A stretch of 64,000 bases of DNA from Eledone cirrhosa (taxonomy: Eukaryota), in contig OZ024740.1 of NCBI GenBank assembly GCA_964016885.1, forward strand, positions 73,470,001 to 73,534,000, given 5' to 3'. Below the pieces are notes generated by a model. It was not told the origin of the DNA. It made no database searches and saw only the letters and a list, made by a program, of their open reading frames with translations. Shown here piece by piece: positions 1 to 12,863 of the stretch. Made by a program: the position numbers and the translations under genes. Every line of letters starts with the position of its first letter. Position 1 is the stretch's first letter.

Positions 1-715
1 ACCTACTGTGGTTGTTGTTGTTTCTTCTACAGCTAAGGTAATATTAGATACATTGTAGCAATGCTGAAAATATGCACAACGTGCAACCTATACAAAATAT
101 GTGCACAATTTTTTGTTGTGTGTGCATGCGTGTGTGTGTGTTTTGATATACAACTGGGTAAAAGAGTACTCAATACATGTAGTTGAATTTATTTACTTGT
201 TCAAAGTTAATGATTCACTCCATCACTACATACACACACATATATACACACACATACACACATCATCAATATCATTATTATTTAACATCTGTTTCCCAAG
301 TTAGCAATGATTAGATGGGTCATCTAAGCAAGTGGTGCCACTGCCCTCTCATATAGGTTAGAAGTTACAACTTACATACATTCTATACTTTACCGAGTGT
401 ACTGGGTGTTGTATATTGTAGCACTAGGGAGGTTGTCATATTTTTGACATAACTGAAGAGCCCTCTCTGCCCTTTATTTGACAAGTTTTCTACAGCTGTA
501 TGCCTTTCTTATCACCATCACTTTAAAGAGTGTTCTGAGTATATGTTTCATCATGACACCAATACTAGAGAGGTTGTACTCTTGACACAAGTGATGTGTC
601 CTCTGGACTCTGTTTGTTTGGTAGGTTTTCTATGACTGGACGTCCTTCTGAATGCCAATCACATTACAGAGTGTACTGGGTGCATTTTATCACGTGTGTG
701 TGTATGAGTATATAT

Positions 716-960
716 ATCATCATCATCAGCGTTTTACGTTCGTTCTTCCATGCTGGCATGGGTTAGACGGGTTGTCTTGCTCATACGGGAACTGATTCTG
801 GCTTGATTTCTACAGTTGGATGCCGTTCCTAACACCAACCTCATTTACAGTGAGTGCTTTTTTCCATGGCGCCTACACGTCCACTTTACAGTGTGGGCTG
901 GGTGCTTTTTTTGCCGTGGCACCTCTGCGACCACTTTGCAGTGGAATGATAGGAACCCCA
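716..960 (-). mobile_element. RTE LINE 3' UTR fragment with (GAT)n tail
   Basis: Reverse-complement match to the 3' end of the RTE copy at 12000-12240; (CAT)n run on the plus strand. Confidence 0.7.
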
Positions 961-1110
961 GTCCTATCATCTCATTTCTACAGCTGAGTAAACTGGAGCA
1001 ATGTGAAATAAAGTGTCTTGCTCAAGGAAACAACACATCACCCGGTCCGAGAATTGAACTCACAACCTTTTGATTGCAAGCCCAATGCTCTAACCACTAA
1101 GCCATGTGCC

Positions 1111-1182
<72 letters not shown>

Positions 1183-4067
1183 CATATATCGTCATTTAAC
1201 ATCTGATTTCCTTGCTATTGAGGGTTGGACAGGTACTGAAGTGGGGCTACTAATCTCCCAGACAGGCCAGGGAAGAGGGGGTTTATGTCTCACTTACGTA
1301 CGGTCTCATATTCTACTGAGTGCACAGGAAAAGCTGTCATGTATTTGACACAACTGAAGGGTCCTCTCAACCCTTTTTAGGCATGCTTTCTACAGCGTGG
1401 TGCCCTTCCTGTCACCAACCACTTTTCAGAGTGACACCAATGCTAGAAAGAGTGTTGGTCCTTGTCCCAACAAAAGAACTCTCATTGCTCTGTGGAGGGA
1501 GGCATATCCTCATCATCATCATCATTTTACGTCCGCTTTTCCCTGCTTGCAAGGGTGGGACAGGAACTGATTCTGACTTGATTTCTACAGGTGGATGCCC
1601 TTCCTAACACCAACCTCATTTACAGTGAGTGGTCGGTGCTTTTTTTCCGTGGCGCCTACACGACCACTTTGCAGTGGAATGATAGGGACCCCAGAATATA
1701 ACAAAACTTAAAGGTTCTTAGATAAATATAAACGCTTTAAAATAAACAGTTTTGTATTGTAGAACTAGGTATAGTTTCAGGTAGTTTGGTATCAAAATGA
1801 TTACAGAATATGAGAAACATTAACAGATTTCATATATTTCATAATAGCTTTGTTGTTTCAATATTTTATTTTCATTAACTTCAATACCAAAGCCACTAGT
1901 TGAAAACTACCTGAAACCACCCCAGTTCTGTTTATTTTAAGATGTTTTTTTTTATTTATCTAAAAGTCTTCAATCATAACTTTATGTAAGAATCTTTGTT
2001 AACTTATGTCCCACACACCAAATAAATAATGAAAAAAGTATACTCTTATATTGCATGAAACAACATTTGCAAAATATCCTTAAAAAGTACAAAATAACGC
2101 TATTGCTATATCACATTAAAAATTTAAGTTGTTACTCTAACACTGCAAATGTTTACAATAATCTGTTCATTAGTAAAAATACTGTAAACATTTGAATTAT
2201 CAAGCCCATTTTGATATATTTTCTGCTAAATCATTTACAGGATGTTAAGAATTAAAAATCCCTATAAATTTTTGATTATTTTGAAAATTATTTGAAAATC
2301 ATAGATAATGTGTTTGATTAGAAATATAGTAATAAAAGAGTTAAAGAGATTGTTAACAAAGGAAATTGTAATTTCTTGTTACTGACCCAGAAACAAATTT
2401 ACATTCACAATTTCATAAATCTCATTTTGTTTCTTTCACTAAAATCACTAGGAAAATATGTAGATGAGTTCAATGGAATTATTCAATTGATTTCTTTTCT
2501 AAAGTGTCTAACATATTGATAAAAACATCCTAACATTTCTATATTTCAAACAACATTCTCTTTTCAAAAGCATCAAGCAATTTTCCCATCTTTCCTCTTT
2601 CAACTTTGAAAAAGCAAGTATATAACCCAAACAAAAAACAAGCCAGTGTTCTAGATATCACACTGAAATCATTTCATTCTGATAATACTATTTTTCATTA
2701 CAATATTTCATACAACATCAATGACATCTTTTTTTTAAATTTCAAGTGACAACTATGATGTTATTATGATTGTATAAGCTCTCATTTCTGACTAAACATT
2801 TTAGTATCTCTTTCTTTACATCTATTATTACACTTTGTTACATCTTTGATATTATGGCAGGCAAACTTCAAGTAAATATATACCTTTATCAACAAATTAT
2901 CTTCATACTGCCAGTTGAAAGGATTTTTCTTTTCTTTTCCCCTTTCAACAGTCTGATTATCTGCAGGAATCTTCTAGAAACTTATAGCAGGTTATTATAG
3001 CAATAGTGCGACAAGTTCAACGGAACTGATGATTACACATATCTTGACACACACACACTCACACTCACTCACTCACTCACACACGCACACACATATCATC
3101 ATTTAATGGTTGTTTTCTCGGCTGAGATGTATGTGTGCGCATATATAAAGAGATAGATAGATGTGTGTCTATATATGCCAGCATGGAAGGCAGACAAAAA
3201 ATATTAAAAATGATGATGATGATTATCATTTCATATCCACTTCTTCATGCTGGTATGGGTTGAACAGGTCCTTTCCTGTACAGCCTCCATTCACTAACTG
3301 TGAGGGTTAATGTTTTGAGATCAGCTCCACCCAGGTTTTCCTCTACTGCAGCTTCCTTCCACCAGCATCACCTAGCACTTCTTTACCCAGCAATCATCCA
3401 TGTGCATCACATGTCCATACCAGCAGTCTTCTTTCTTGCACAATACATCTGATTCCTCTTACATCCAGTTTTTCTCTCAATTGATCCACAACAAAAAGCA
3501 CCAAGTCCACCCTGTAAGGTGGTAGTGTTGGTGCCATATCAAAAACCACCCAGTCAACCCTCTAAGGTGACTGTACAAATACCATAACTGAAAACCAACC
3601 AGTGCAAACTGTAAAGTGGTTGACATTAAGAAGAGTATCCAACCATAGAAAACCAAACCAAAAACACAACATATGTTCAAAACGTAGCCACCTGATCCGT
3701 CTAGCCTCATAATGTAACAGCTCATCTAATCCCTGCAAGCATGGAAAATAGAAGCATGATGATGATAATGATGGTGATGATGATATGATGATAGTGATGG
3801 TGATGATGATATGATGATAGTGATGGTGATGATGATAGTGATGATGATAATGATGGTGATAATGTTGGTGATAATGTTGGTGATGGTGATAATGTTGGTG
3901 ATTATACTCTCTGTAGTCTCTCCCTGTTCGCCAACCACACACACACTTATATGTATGATTGTATATGTGTGTGATTGTAGGCATGTATGTGTGTGTATAT
4001 CTGTATGTGTGACTGAGTGTATGTATGTGATTATAAGTAAAGCAAGGCTGGACGAAATATTGCTCAC

Positions 4068-4211
4068 CTGGTAGAGGAAACTCTTGAGATAATAGCAAAG
4101 TGAGGTATCGAAAAGCATAATACTGAGGTTTCAATTCTTGTTCTTCTAGCTTCCGGGCACAGGCCGGGTCCTTTTCTTTCAACATCTGCATAAGCTGCTT
4201 CATCATGCTTC
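4068..4211 (-). CDS. TBC1D13: TBC1D13-like exon 11 (GSMMKQLMQMLKEKDPACARKLEEQELKPQYYAFRYLTLLLSQEFPLP); the gene continues beyond this exon
   Basis: gttacag acceptor, GTGAGC donor, 144 nt. KPQ..AFR.LTLLLSQEF.LP motif. Embedded in ORF-track entry 3562..4293. Confidence 0.95.
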
Positions 4212-4867
4212 CTGTAACAAATAAAAATAAACAATACATTACACACACTACAAGAGAAAAACTGGACATAAGAGAATCAGATGTAGTGTACAAGAGAGGA
4301 GACTACAATGGTATGGACATGTGATGTAAATGGATGATGATCGTTGGATGAAGAAGTGACAAGAAATCCGCAGTAGAGGAAAACCAAGGAAGATTTGAGT
4401 GGAGATAGTGTGAGTTAATCTCAAATCACTGAAACCCACAGAGGAGATGACGAAGGAACACGGTGAGGAGAAAGATGCTGTGCTGAAAGGACCTGTGAAA
4501 CAGCAAAATGATGATGATCATCATGATTCATTTCTTATAAGAAAAGATCTATTTACCCCTCTCATCATCATCATCATTATTTTCACACACCCTTTTTCAT
4601 GCTGGCATGGGTTGGACGAGATGTTTTGTGAGTGTTTTACAGCCAGATGCCCTTTCTGATGCTAACACTTTTAATCACCTCTTATGCAAGGATAGCCTAC
4701 TGATTCTATAAAAACAGGATCTAATGAAAGAGTCTTTTACTGTATTAGACTGTGGCCATGCTAGGAACTGCCTTGAAAGGATTTAGTCAATCATATCAAC
4801 CCTTGTACTTATTTTATTAATCTCTTTTGTATCAAATGGTTAAGTTAGAGAATATAAACAGCAAATG

Positions 4868-6338
4868 CAAAACAGAGGCTGTCTGTCTGTGTAAATCCCT
4901 AAAACTCAAGAAGTACCCGACCAATTTTTTTCAAACTTTACACATGCGTTACTTATATTTCTTGAAGTGCAATAGGCTAAAATTTTAACTTTTTCTGCTC
5001 TAAGGCCCGAATAAGGCGACAAACCGCATTTTTAAAGCATTTTTATGCGTTTTTGAGGTGTAACTTAAAGATAATCCAGCCGATTCTCTTGAAATTTGCA
5101 GCACACATTAGTTAGTCCCCTCGCATTGCTGTGGACATAAAATTCCATTAATGGTTTCTAGGAAATTTACGAATTAGCAATGGGCATTACAGGCCATTTT
5201 CATTTTCAATATAAACGCTACTTAAACATCGTAAGTAGCATATAATATTTCGTTAAAAATTTGGTTTATTTAACAGAGGACACAACACTCACTTACTTTT
5301 AAGCAGGACCATTTTCGGGGGATTGAGAAAATGAGGAAGACCTTGAAATTTTTGTTGTCGCCCTGTTGACGTTTCGTTCTTTCATCACGCGCAAATGCAG
5401 GCCTTGTGTACGTTGCCGTGTTATTGACACCGTAAAACTCACGTCTGTGCTACTTCTACTAAAACCCCTTTTGTTGCACCTACACTGCAGTATGAACGCC
5501 CTGCGTAAATATATAGAACAGCGGTTGTGCTAATTCCGTAATAACCCCTTTTGTCGCACCTTTGTTGCTGTTTAAACGCAGTGCAACCAGTGCCACCCAA
5601 CGTTTGTGCAGTTGTGTTGCCACGCTGATTTCGTCATCTCAATATCTCTACTTAAACGTACATCCCTACTTGGTTTTCACACATTTGACTACGTCGCTCC
5701 TTCAGACTGACGCGTGTTCCCCATTCGTGACGTAATTCGTGAACAGACTTACGACATACATCGCCCCACAACTTACTTACTCCTTTCTCATACAGGATTT
5801 CCGCAACCAGCCCACTGACACTGCTACTACTAGTATCCTTGCTCGAGATCAATCCTCCACTCATACCACAGAAAGTTGGTACATACACTATACTTTTTTC
5901 ACCAGTTTTAAGCAATTGCATTCACTACGACGCCTTTCAATAGCCTAGCACTTCATTTACGCCCACTTTTAGTTTTTGTGGCGTTGTATACGTTGTGTAG
6001 CATTAATTCTACCTACTTTGCCAGTTACAGTAGATGACTGGGTGCGAATCTATAAAACTCGAAAAGTACCTAACCGATTTTCTCCAAATGGAAGAAAAAT
6101 CATACTCTAAGATTTAGTACGCTTAAAGAGTATCCAGCTGATTTTCTTCAGATTTTGCACATGCATGTAGATGTTTCACGATTCGGGCCTGCTGGTGTTC
6201 TACGTTTCCAGTAGATGAACAATCATTCCCTGAGAATAAGGGAATTCAAAAAGTACACAGCTACATTCCTCAATCTTTGCATACACATGTTGCTATTTCA
6301 CGTTTCCTACTCCGTGCAACGGCGGGTGTTGCTGCTAG
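4868..6338 (+). mobile_element. Non-autonomous Helitron, 5' end truncated
   Basis: Ends with a subterminal hairpin (tccgtgcaacggcggg) then CTAG|T. 4875-4950 is similar to the reverse complement of 40370-40440 in the Helitron at 39855-40476. Confidence 0.7.
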
Positions 6339-6858
6339 TATATATATATATATATATAAACTATAATAAAGTAAGAAGCGCGGGACTGTGTACGGTTTAT
6401 AATTTTTTATCCCATTAGTAAAATAAATTGGATTACTTTGAATAAATAATGAATGAATATTACATAATTTATCTACTAAATTTTGTGGCTGTTCATTAAA
6501 TATATTTTATTATTTATTTAAAGATTCACTTCTTTAAAATGTTCAAATGTCAACACTTCCGGTGGCCATTGCTTAAATAAATATATTAATTTTCTGTCAC
6601 TAATTTTCTCCTAATGCAGTTTATATATAACATCCTCTTTTTTTAATGTATCATGGATTACGTTACTGATTACATAAGACAGTGTAACACGGACTCTCTT
6701 CAATTTCTCTGTATATTGTCAATTACGATTTTATTTGACATATCATATCTACATATCATATCTACATATATATATTTGCGTATAATATCAATATACACAC
6801 TACACATGCTAACAGAAAACCACCCGGAGGGTGGTTTTCTGCTAATATATATAATAAT

Positions 6859-7041
6859 AATTGTTTCTACTTTTTGGCACAAGGCCAGAAATTACCCAGT
6901 GCATTACTGGTACTTTATTTTATCGACCCCATAAGGATGAAAGGCAGAGTTAACCTCGGCGGGATATGAACTCAGAATGGAAAGAACCATAACTCTATGC
7001 TGCAAAGCAAGGCGTCCGACCCTCTACCGATACTGCCAATC
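6859..7041 (-). mobile_element. tRNA-derived SINE
   Basis: A-box-like TGGCAGTATCGG and B-box-like GAGTTCATATCC, then the family core GCCTTTCATCCTTAYGGGGTCGATAAAATAAAGTACCAG. About ten copies in the window. Confidence 0.85.
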
Positions 7042-7410
7042 AAAGTCATTGGAAGAACCGATGTATCTCCAACCGTTTTCTCACTCACTCAATGCTTTAA
7101 TTAAGCCAGCATCATTAAGATACCAACCAAAAAGGAAAGCAGAGTGCACACTTATACGTTAAATAGTGGGTAGAGAATCTAATTCTCTGTCCCCGGAATA
7201 ATGCACTAGTTTCTGTTACCCCATCTGTTGGTGACAGAAACTGTATGGAAGGTCGATGGAATTAGGATTGGTGCTCTGAAATAGTGATGTATACATGAAT
7301 GTATGTATAGTATATTTGGCAATATCCCTAATTTTTGCTGGGCCGGCAATCGTTCTGTATAATCAGCTCCTGATTATTACTGGAATTCTATAAGAATCCA
7401 GCTTCTATAA

Positions 7411-7500
7411 TTTTCAGCGGAAGCAGGAGAGTGCGAGGTTCTGATGAACGCCAACCAGCGTGAAACAAACTGTCAGCTGTTCTCCCTTTTTCGCTGAAAA
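7411..7500 (+). ncRNA. Type I hammerhead ribozyme with extended stem I
   Basis: ggtt-CTGATGA-acgc(caacca)gcgt-GAAA-ca(aac)tg-TC-agct. Stem I continues with ggaga/tctcc and ttttcagcg/cgctgaaaa. All core nucleotides canonical; GUC cleavage triplet. Confidence 0.85.
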
Positions 7501-7877
7501 TAAGTGAGTGACATTGTCAATACTTTAAAACTGATAGCGTATGGTCTTCTAAATGTTTTTAATTAAACATACGGTATATTGCCAAATATACTATACATAC
7601 ATTCATATATATATCATCATCATCATCATCATCGTTTAATGTCTATCTGCCACGCTAGCAGGGGTTAGACGGGAGTTGTCCCACTTGAGGCTAGATTGGT
7701 CGGGTGACAGTGTCGCGCTCATATAGGACTATCTGGCAGGTTTTCTATGGCTGGATGCCCTTCCAAACACCAACCACATTTACAGATAATGATAATCATT
7801 TTAAAACAAAGAGTTTTGTAAAGTAGAACCAGGGACAAGTTTCATGTGGTTTGGTATAAGAAGAATTAAATACTAAC

Positions 7878-7976
7878 CAATTCCAAAATCAGAATCATCC
7901 ATTGTTTTGTTAAAGTTATCTCGGATTTCTGACATCAGATTAGTAAAACAGAAAAAAGAATCAGCCTCGGCAAATT
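7878..7976 (-). CDS. TBC1D13: TBC1D13-like exon 10 (EFAEADSFFCFTNLMSEIRDNFNKTMDDSDFGIG)
   Basis: ttttcag acceptor, GTTAGT donor, 99 nt, phase 1/1. EAD.FFCFTNLM.EIRDNF motif. Confidence 0.95.
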
Positions 7977-8236
7977 CTGAAAAGATCAAAAGTATATATA
8001 TATATATATTTATAACTGAAATATTAGGAAAATATTATATATATTTTTTTTATTTGAATAAGGCAAAGCCAGCCATTGGTCGCTCGTTCTACTGACATGG
8101 CTTTAAAAATGAGGGCATTTGCATAATTGCAAACAAATCGAATATTATTATTAATATTCGAAAAACTCAGATTACATTTATTGTATTCAGCAAAGTAGAG
8201 CGAAAATTTTTGTTTTTATTATATATATATATATAA

Positions 8237-8413
8237 GGGCGGTGGATTGGCAGTATCGGTAGAGGGTTGGACGCCATGTTTTCTAGCATAGTTACGTCCC
8301 TTTACAGTCTGAGTTCAAATCCCGCCAAGGTTAACTTTGCCTTTCATCCTTACGGGGTCGATAAAATAAAGTACCAGTAATGTACTGGGTGATTGCTGGC
8401 CTTGTGCCTAAAG
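8237..8413 (+). mobile_element. tRNA-derived SINE
   Basis: GGGCGGTGGATTGGCAGTATCGG head, GAGTTCAAATCC B box, same core as the other copies. Confidence 0.85.
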
Positions 8414-8849
8414 TTATTATTAGTGTTCTTGTATTTATTATTTCGCTCTCTCTACGAAGTCATCTACTCCCTTCGAACATGCCTTGTCTAATATAGGTAC
8501 TCGTATCGGTTTATTTTGCCCTAAGATGCTATAGGCCATGATGGCTACCTATCTCATAACTTCCCTCCTGCCCACCCCCTCACACCACCAATCAAACCTA
8601 GCATGCCCCCCCCCCCCTACCCATTACCAGCCCCAACAAATTCTGCCATTACTACTACTACCTACCTCTCTCCTCACCCGTCCCAGCCCCAACACACCCT
8701 GCCATTATTACCACCACCACTGTTCTTCTAGCCCTGAATTCTCCTACCGTTATGTATGGATGAGCTGAGAATAAATGAGCAACCCTGAATTAATAATTGA
8801 AAATGAATATGAATCCGTGAGCTACCAAGCACCCATGTGAAGCTTCAAT

Positions 8850-11800
8850 TCAGAGACAAGAAGCATACACACACCCCTGCAAAATTCGACCCTTTCCCAC
8901 GAATGTTGACAAATGCCCAAACCTCTGAGTTGGTACCATCAATGTAAGCACAATGAAAGGAGGAGCAGGAGAAATTGTAGAGATGCTATAGCGAAAGGAA
9001 ATTGATGTATGCTGTGTGCAAGAGACTAGATGGAGAGGAGAGTCTGCTAGAGTCCTTGTAGGAAAAAGTCAGTGCTACAAATTTTTCTGGGTGGGAAATG
9101 ACGATGGGATGGGTGGTGTAGGTATCCTACTAGCTGACAAGTGGGTAGATAAGGTAATCTCAGTGAACAGGGTGAATGCAAGAATCATTAAACTCAGACT
9201 AGTCCTGAATAAAACAATTACCACAATAATATCAGCTTACGCACCCCAATCGGCGTTGCCAGGCGAACTTAAGGATAGGTTTTACGAGTCCCTAATGCAC
9301 ACTACTGCTCTAACAAACGACAATGACTTCCTATTCATTGCAGGAGATTTTAACGGACACGTAGGTAAACACCCTGATGGCTTCTATAGTCCATGGAGGC
9401 CATGGGGTTGGCACAAGAAATGAAGAAGGATTCAGGCTTCTAGAATTCTGCGACGCCAATGACATGTCAATATGTAACACAAACTTCAAAAAACACGACT
9501 ACCACCTGATCACCTATAGATCAGGGGAGCATTCTAGTCAGATAGATTTTATCCTCATCAGAGGACGTGACAGATGGACGGTCGTAAACACAAAAGCCTT
9601 CCCTAGTGAGGAATGTACCTCCCAACATAGCTTAGTTGTCAGCGACCTCACGGTCAGAACTAGACGAACCTGGAAACAGAAGCCAACCTGGAGAAGAAAG
9701 ATCTGGAAGCTGAAAGACCCCTCAGCCAGTAACAGATTTAAAGATATTTTACTCAACGCCTATGACAGTAAAGAAGAACAGATAGAGACATTCAATGTAG
9801 AAGAGCACTGGGAGTTCCTAAAGGCGACGGATGAGATCTGTGGCTGGAGTAAGACCACAGGCAGGAGGAGAATGACTTGGTGGTGGAACAATAAAGTAGA
9901 TGAGGCAGTTAAGGCCAAGAGACAGGCATGGAAAGAATGGAAGAACGGGGGGAGCAGGGTACATTACATAGAGACCAGAAGGGAAGCTAGGCGACAAGTA
10001 TACTTAGCTAGAAGGGAAGCAGAGGATAGCAAATTCAAGCATGTTTTGCAATGTGAGGACCAGAAACAGGAGGTGTTCAAGATTGCGAGGCAGTGTGTCA
10101 GAGAGATTGTGATGTCATTGGAGAGAAGTGTATCTGGAATGATAAAGGTGAGCTTGCCCTCACAAGTGCTGAGAAGAAAGATGCGTGGAAGAGCCATTAT
10201 GATAGATTATTAAATGAGGAGAATGCATGGGAAGAAGAGACCCTACCCCAAGTAGACCCTATAGAGGGGCCAGCAGTACAAGTCAGCAGCAACGTAGTAA
10301 GCAAGGTAATCAAAGATATGAAGACGGGGAAGGCAACCGGTCCATCGGGTATAGCTGCCGAAGGCATCTGGAGCGGTAGGTAACACCATAACCACACGTA
10401 TTGTTAACCAGGTAATACTAGGTGTCATACCAAAGGATTGGTGCAGTAGCATCATTGTCAACTGCTACAAAGGTAAAGGTGATGCACTAGATAGAGGAAA
10501 CTATAGAGATACAAAGCTGATGGACCAGGTCATGAAAGTAACAGAAAGAGTTATAGCACAGTTGATTAGGGACCGGGTGAAACTAGATGAGATGCAATTT
10601 GGGTTTGTGCCAGGAAGAGGCACCACTGATGCCCTCTTCCTTGTGAGGCAGTTACAGGAAAAGTACCTAGCTAAAAGTAAGCCACTCTACCTGGCATTCG
10701 TCGATCTCGAGAAAGCCTTTGACAGAGTTCCCCGTGCTATAATCTGGTGGGCTCTTAGAAAACTAGGAATAGATAAATGGCTTGTGAAAGCTGTACAAGC
10801 CATGTATAGGGGAGCAGTCAGCAAAGTTAGGATTAGCAATGAGTATAGCGAGGAATTTAGCGTACAGGTCGGTGTCCACCAGGGCTCTGTTCTTAGCCCT
10901 CTCCTGTTCATCATAGTCCTGCAGACAATAACAGAGGAGTTTAAGACCGGATGCCCATGGGAACTCCTGTATGCAGATGACCTCGCACTTATAGCTGAAT
11001 CTATGGTAGAACTAGAGAAGAAATTCCAAACTTGGAAGCAGGGACTAGAAAGAAAGGGTCTCAAAGTCAACCTGACAAAGACTAAGGTCCTTGTAAGTAG
11101 ACGACAAAACAGAACCCAGATTCCCTCAGGGGAATGGCCTTGCTCAGTATGTAGGAAAGGTGTAGATAGGAACTCCATTCTCTGCCCCAAATGCAAACAA
11201 TGGGTACACAAGAGATGTAGCGGGATCTCAGGAAGCTTAATTAAGAATGTAGGCTTCACATGTAGCAGCTGTGCTGGGACAGCAAGCAGCAAACAGCCAC
11301 AGGAAACAAGTACCACCAAACTCTGGGGGGGCTCTGTAGAAACAGTAGACAGCTTCTGCTACCTAGGTGACTGAATTAGCAGCGGAGGTGGGTGTTCGGA
11401 AAGTACAATAACTAGGGTAAGAATGGGATGGAAGAAGTTCAGGGAGCTACTGCCACTGCTAGCTGCAAAAGGCTTTTCCCTCAAAATGAAAGGCAGACTG
11501 TATGATGTGTGTATACGAACAGCAATGTTACATGGTAGTGAGACCTGGGGGCTGTCTGTGGAAGACTTGCGTAGATTAGAAAGAAACGAAGCCTGCATGC
11601 TTTGAAGGATGTGTAATAGTAATATACACGAACGGCAAAGCATAAATGAATTGAGAGAGAGACTGAGCATAAGGGGTATCAAATGCTGTGTGCAGGAGAG
11701 GCAGTTGCGTTGGTATGGACATGTGATGCGTATGAAGGATAACAGCTGCATAAAAAGGTGCAGAGCACTAGAAGTCGATGGAAACCGCAGAGTGGGGAGA

Positions 11801-12240
11801 CCCAAGAAGACCTGGGATGAGGTGATAAAAGCCGACCTTACCCAATTACACCTCTCAAAGGCGATGACACACGACCGTGACCTCTGGCGTCACACAGTAA
11901 TACAGAAGACCCGACCCCCCATGGGTACAAGCCGAAGCTGAAGCATATAGACAATATGCCCCCACACCCTCCCTCTGCAAAGTGGTCATGGAGGTGCCAC
12001 GGCAAAAAAGCACCCAGCCCACACTGTAAAGTGGACGTGTAGGCACCACGGTAAAAAAGCACCCAGCACTCACAGTAAATGAGGTTGGTATTAAGGAGGG
12101 CATCCAGCTGTAGAAATCAAGCCAGAATCAGTTCCCGTATGAGCAAGACAAGGTCAGCTGACCAGACACTGCCCACAACAGGACAACCCGTCTAACCCAT
12201 GCTAGTGTGGAAGAACGGACGTAAAACGGTGATGATGATG
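8850..12240 (+). mobile_element. Near full-length RTE-clade LINE (APE endonuclease + RT + PHD finger), inactivated by stops and frameshifts; in TBC1D13 intron 9, antisense
   Basis: APE motifs VQETRW, SAYAPQ, AGDFNGHVG, SQIDFIL; RT motifs FVDLEKAFD, GVHQGSVLSP, YADD, YLG; C-terminal LRWYGHVMRM..GRPKKTW; ends in (GAT)n. Confidence 0.93.
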
Positions 12241-12863
12241 ATATATTTATAACTGAAATATTAGGAAAATACTGTATATATATTTACAACTGAAATGATA
12301 TATAAATATATTTACAACTGAAAGTACATTAAAATATTATATAAATACATTTATAAGTGAAACTAAATAAAATACTATATAAATATATTTACAACTGAAA
12401 GGATATAGAAATACTATATAGAAATATTACACATTAATCATCATCATCCTCCTACTGCAGTAACAGATGACCACACTCATCTTCCACCCATTGAAGCTTT
12501 TATAACCAGTTGTGGTCTAGTACTCAGGTGATTAGCCCTGGTCATCTATAGAATGTTGATCCCTAGGCAGAATTTGAACTAAGGACACAAAGTGCCAGAA
12601 CAGATACTGTATGGCATCTTATCCAACACCCTAACGATTATGATAGTCCAGTGCCATAAACTAGCACTTTATTTTATCAACCCTGAAAGTATGAAAGACA
12701 AAGTTGACCTCAGTAAGATTTGAACTCAGAGTGCAGAGAGGCTGAATGACTACCACAAGATATTCTACACAATGTCCGAATGATACAGTCATTAGGACAT
12801 CCCAGTTTCAGGTGATTTGTTATAAATAGGATTAAGATTGAGTAAAAAAAGAGAGATACAAAC

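Noticed and set aside
1-87. Minus-strand candidate exon after tttgtatag (VARCAYFQHCYNV...)
   Set aside because: Open in phase 0, but in the required phase 1 it stops after 14 codons, and neither reading resembles TBC1D13.
2884-2973. 90-nt AG...GT-bounded open segment on the minus strand
   Set aside because: Wrong phase for exon 11, weak donor (GTATAT) and no recognisable homology.
3562-4293. 243-aa ORF as a single-exon gene with a His-rich tail
   Set aside because: Only 4068-4211 is a real exon; the rest is read-through into (CAT)n and (CA)n microsatellite.
8237-8330. tRNA gene
   Set aside because: A and B boxes are too far apart for a cloverleaf and run into a SINE core repeated about ten times.
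10687-11805. Long antisense ORFs over the RTE (similar ones at 19608, 24352, 28046 and 57956)
   Set aside because: Shadow frames of retroelement coding sequence with no independent motifs.
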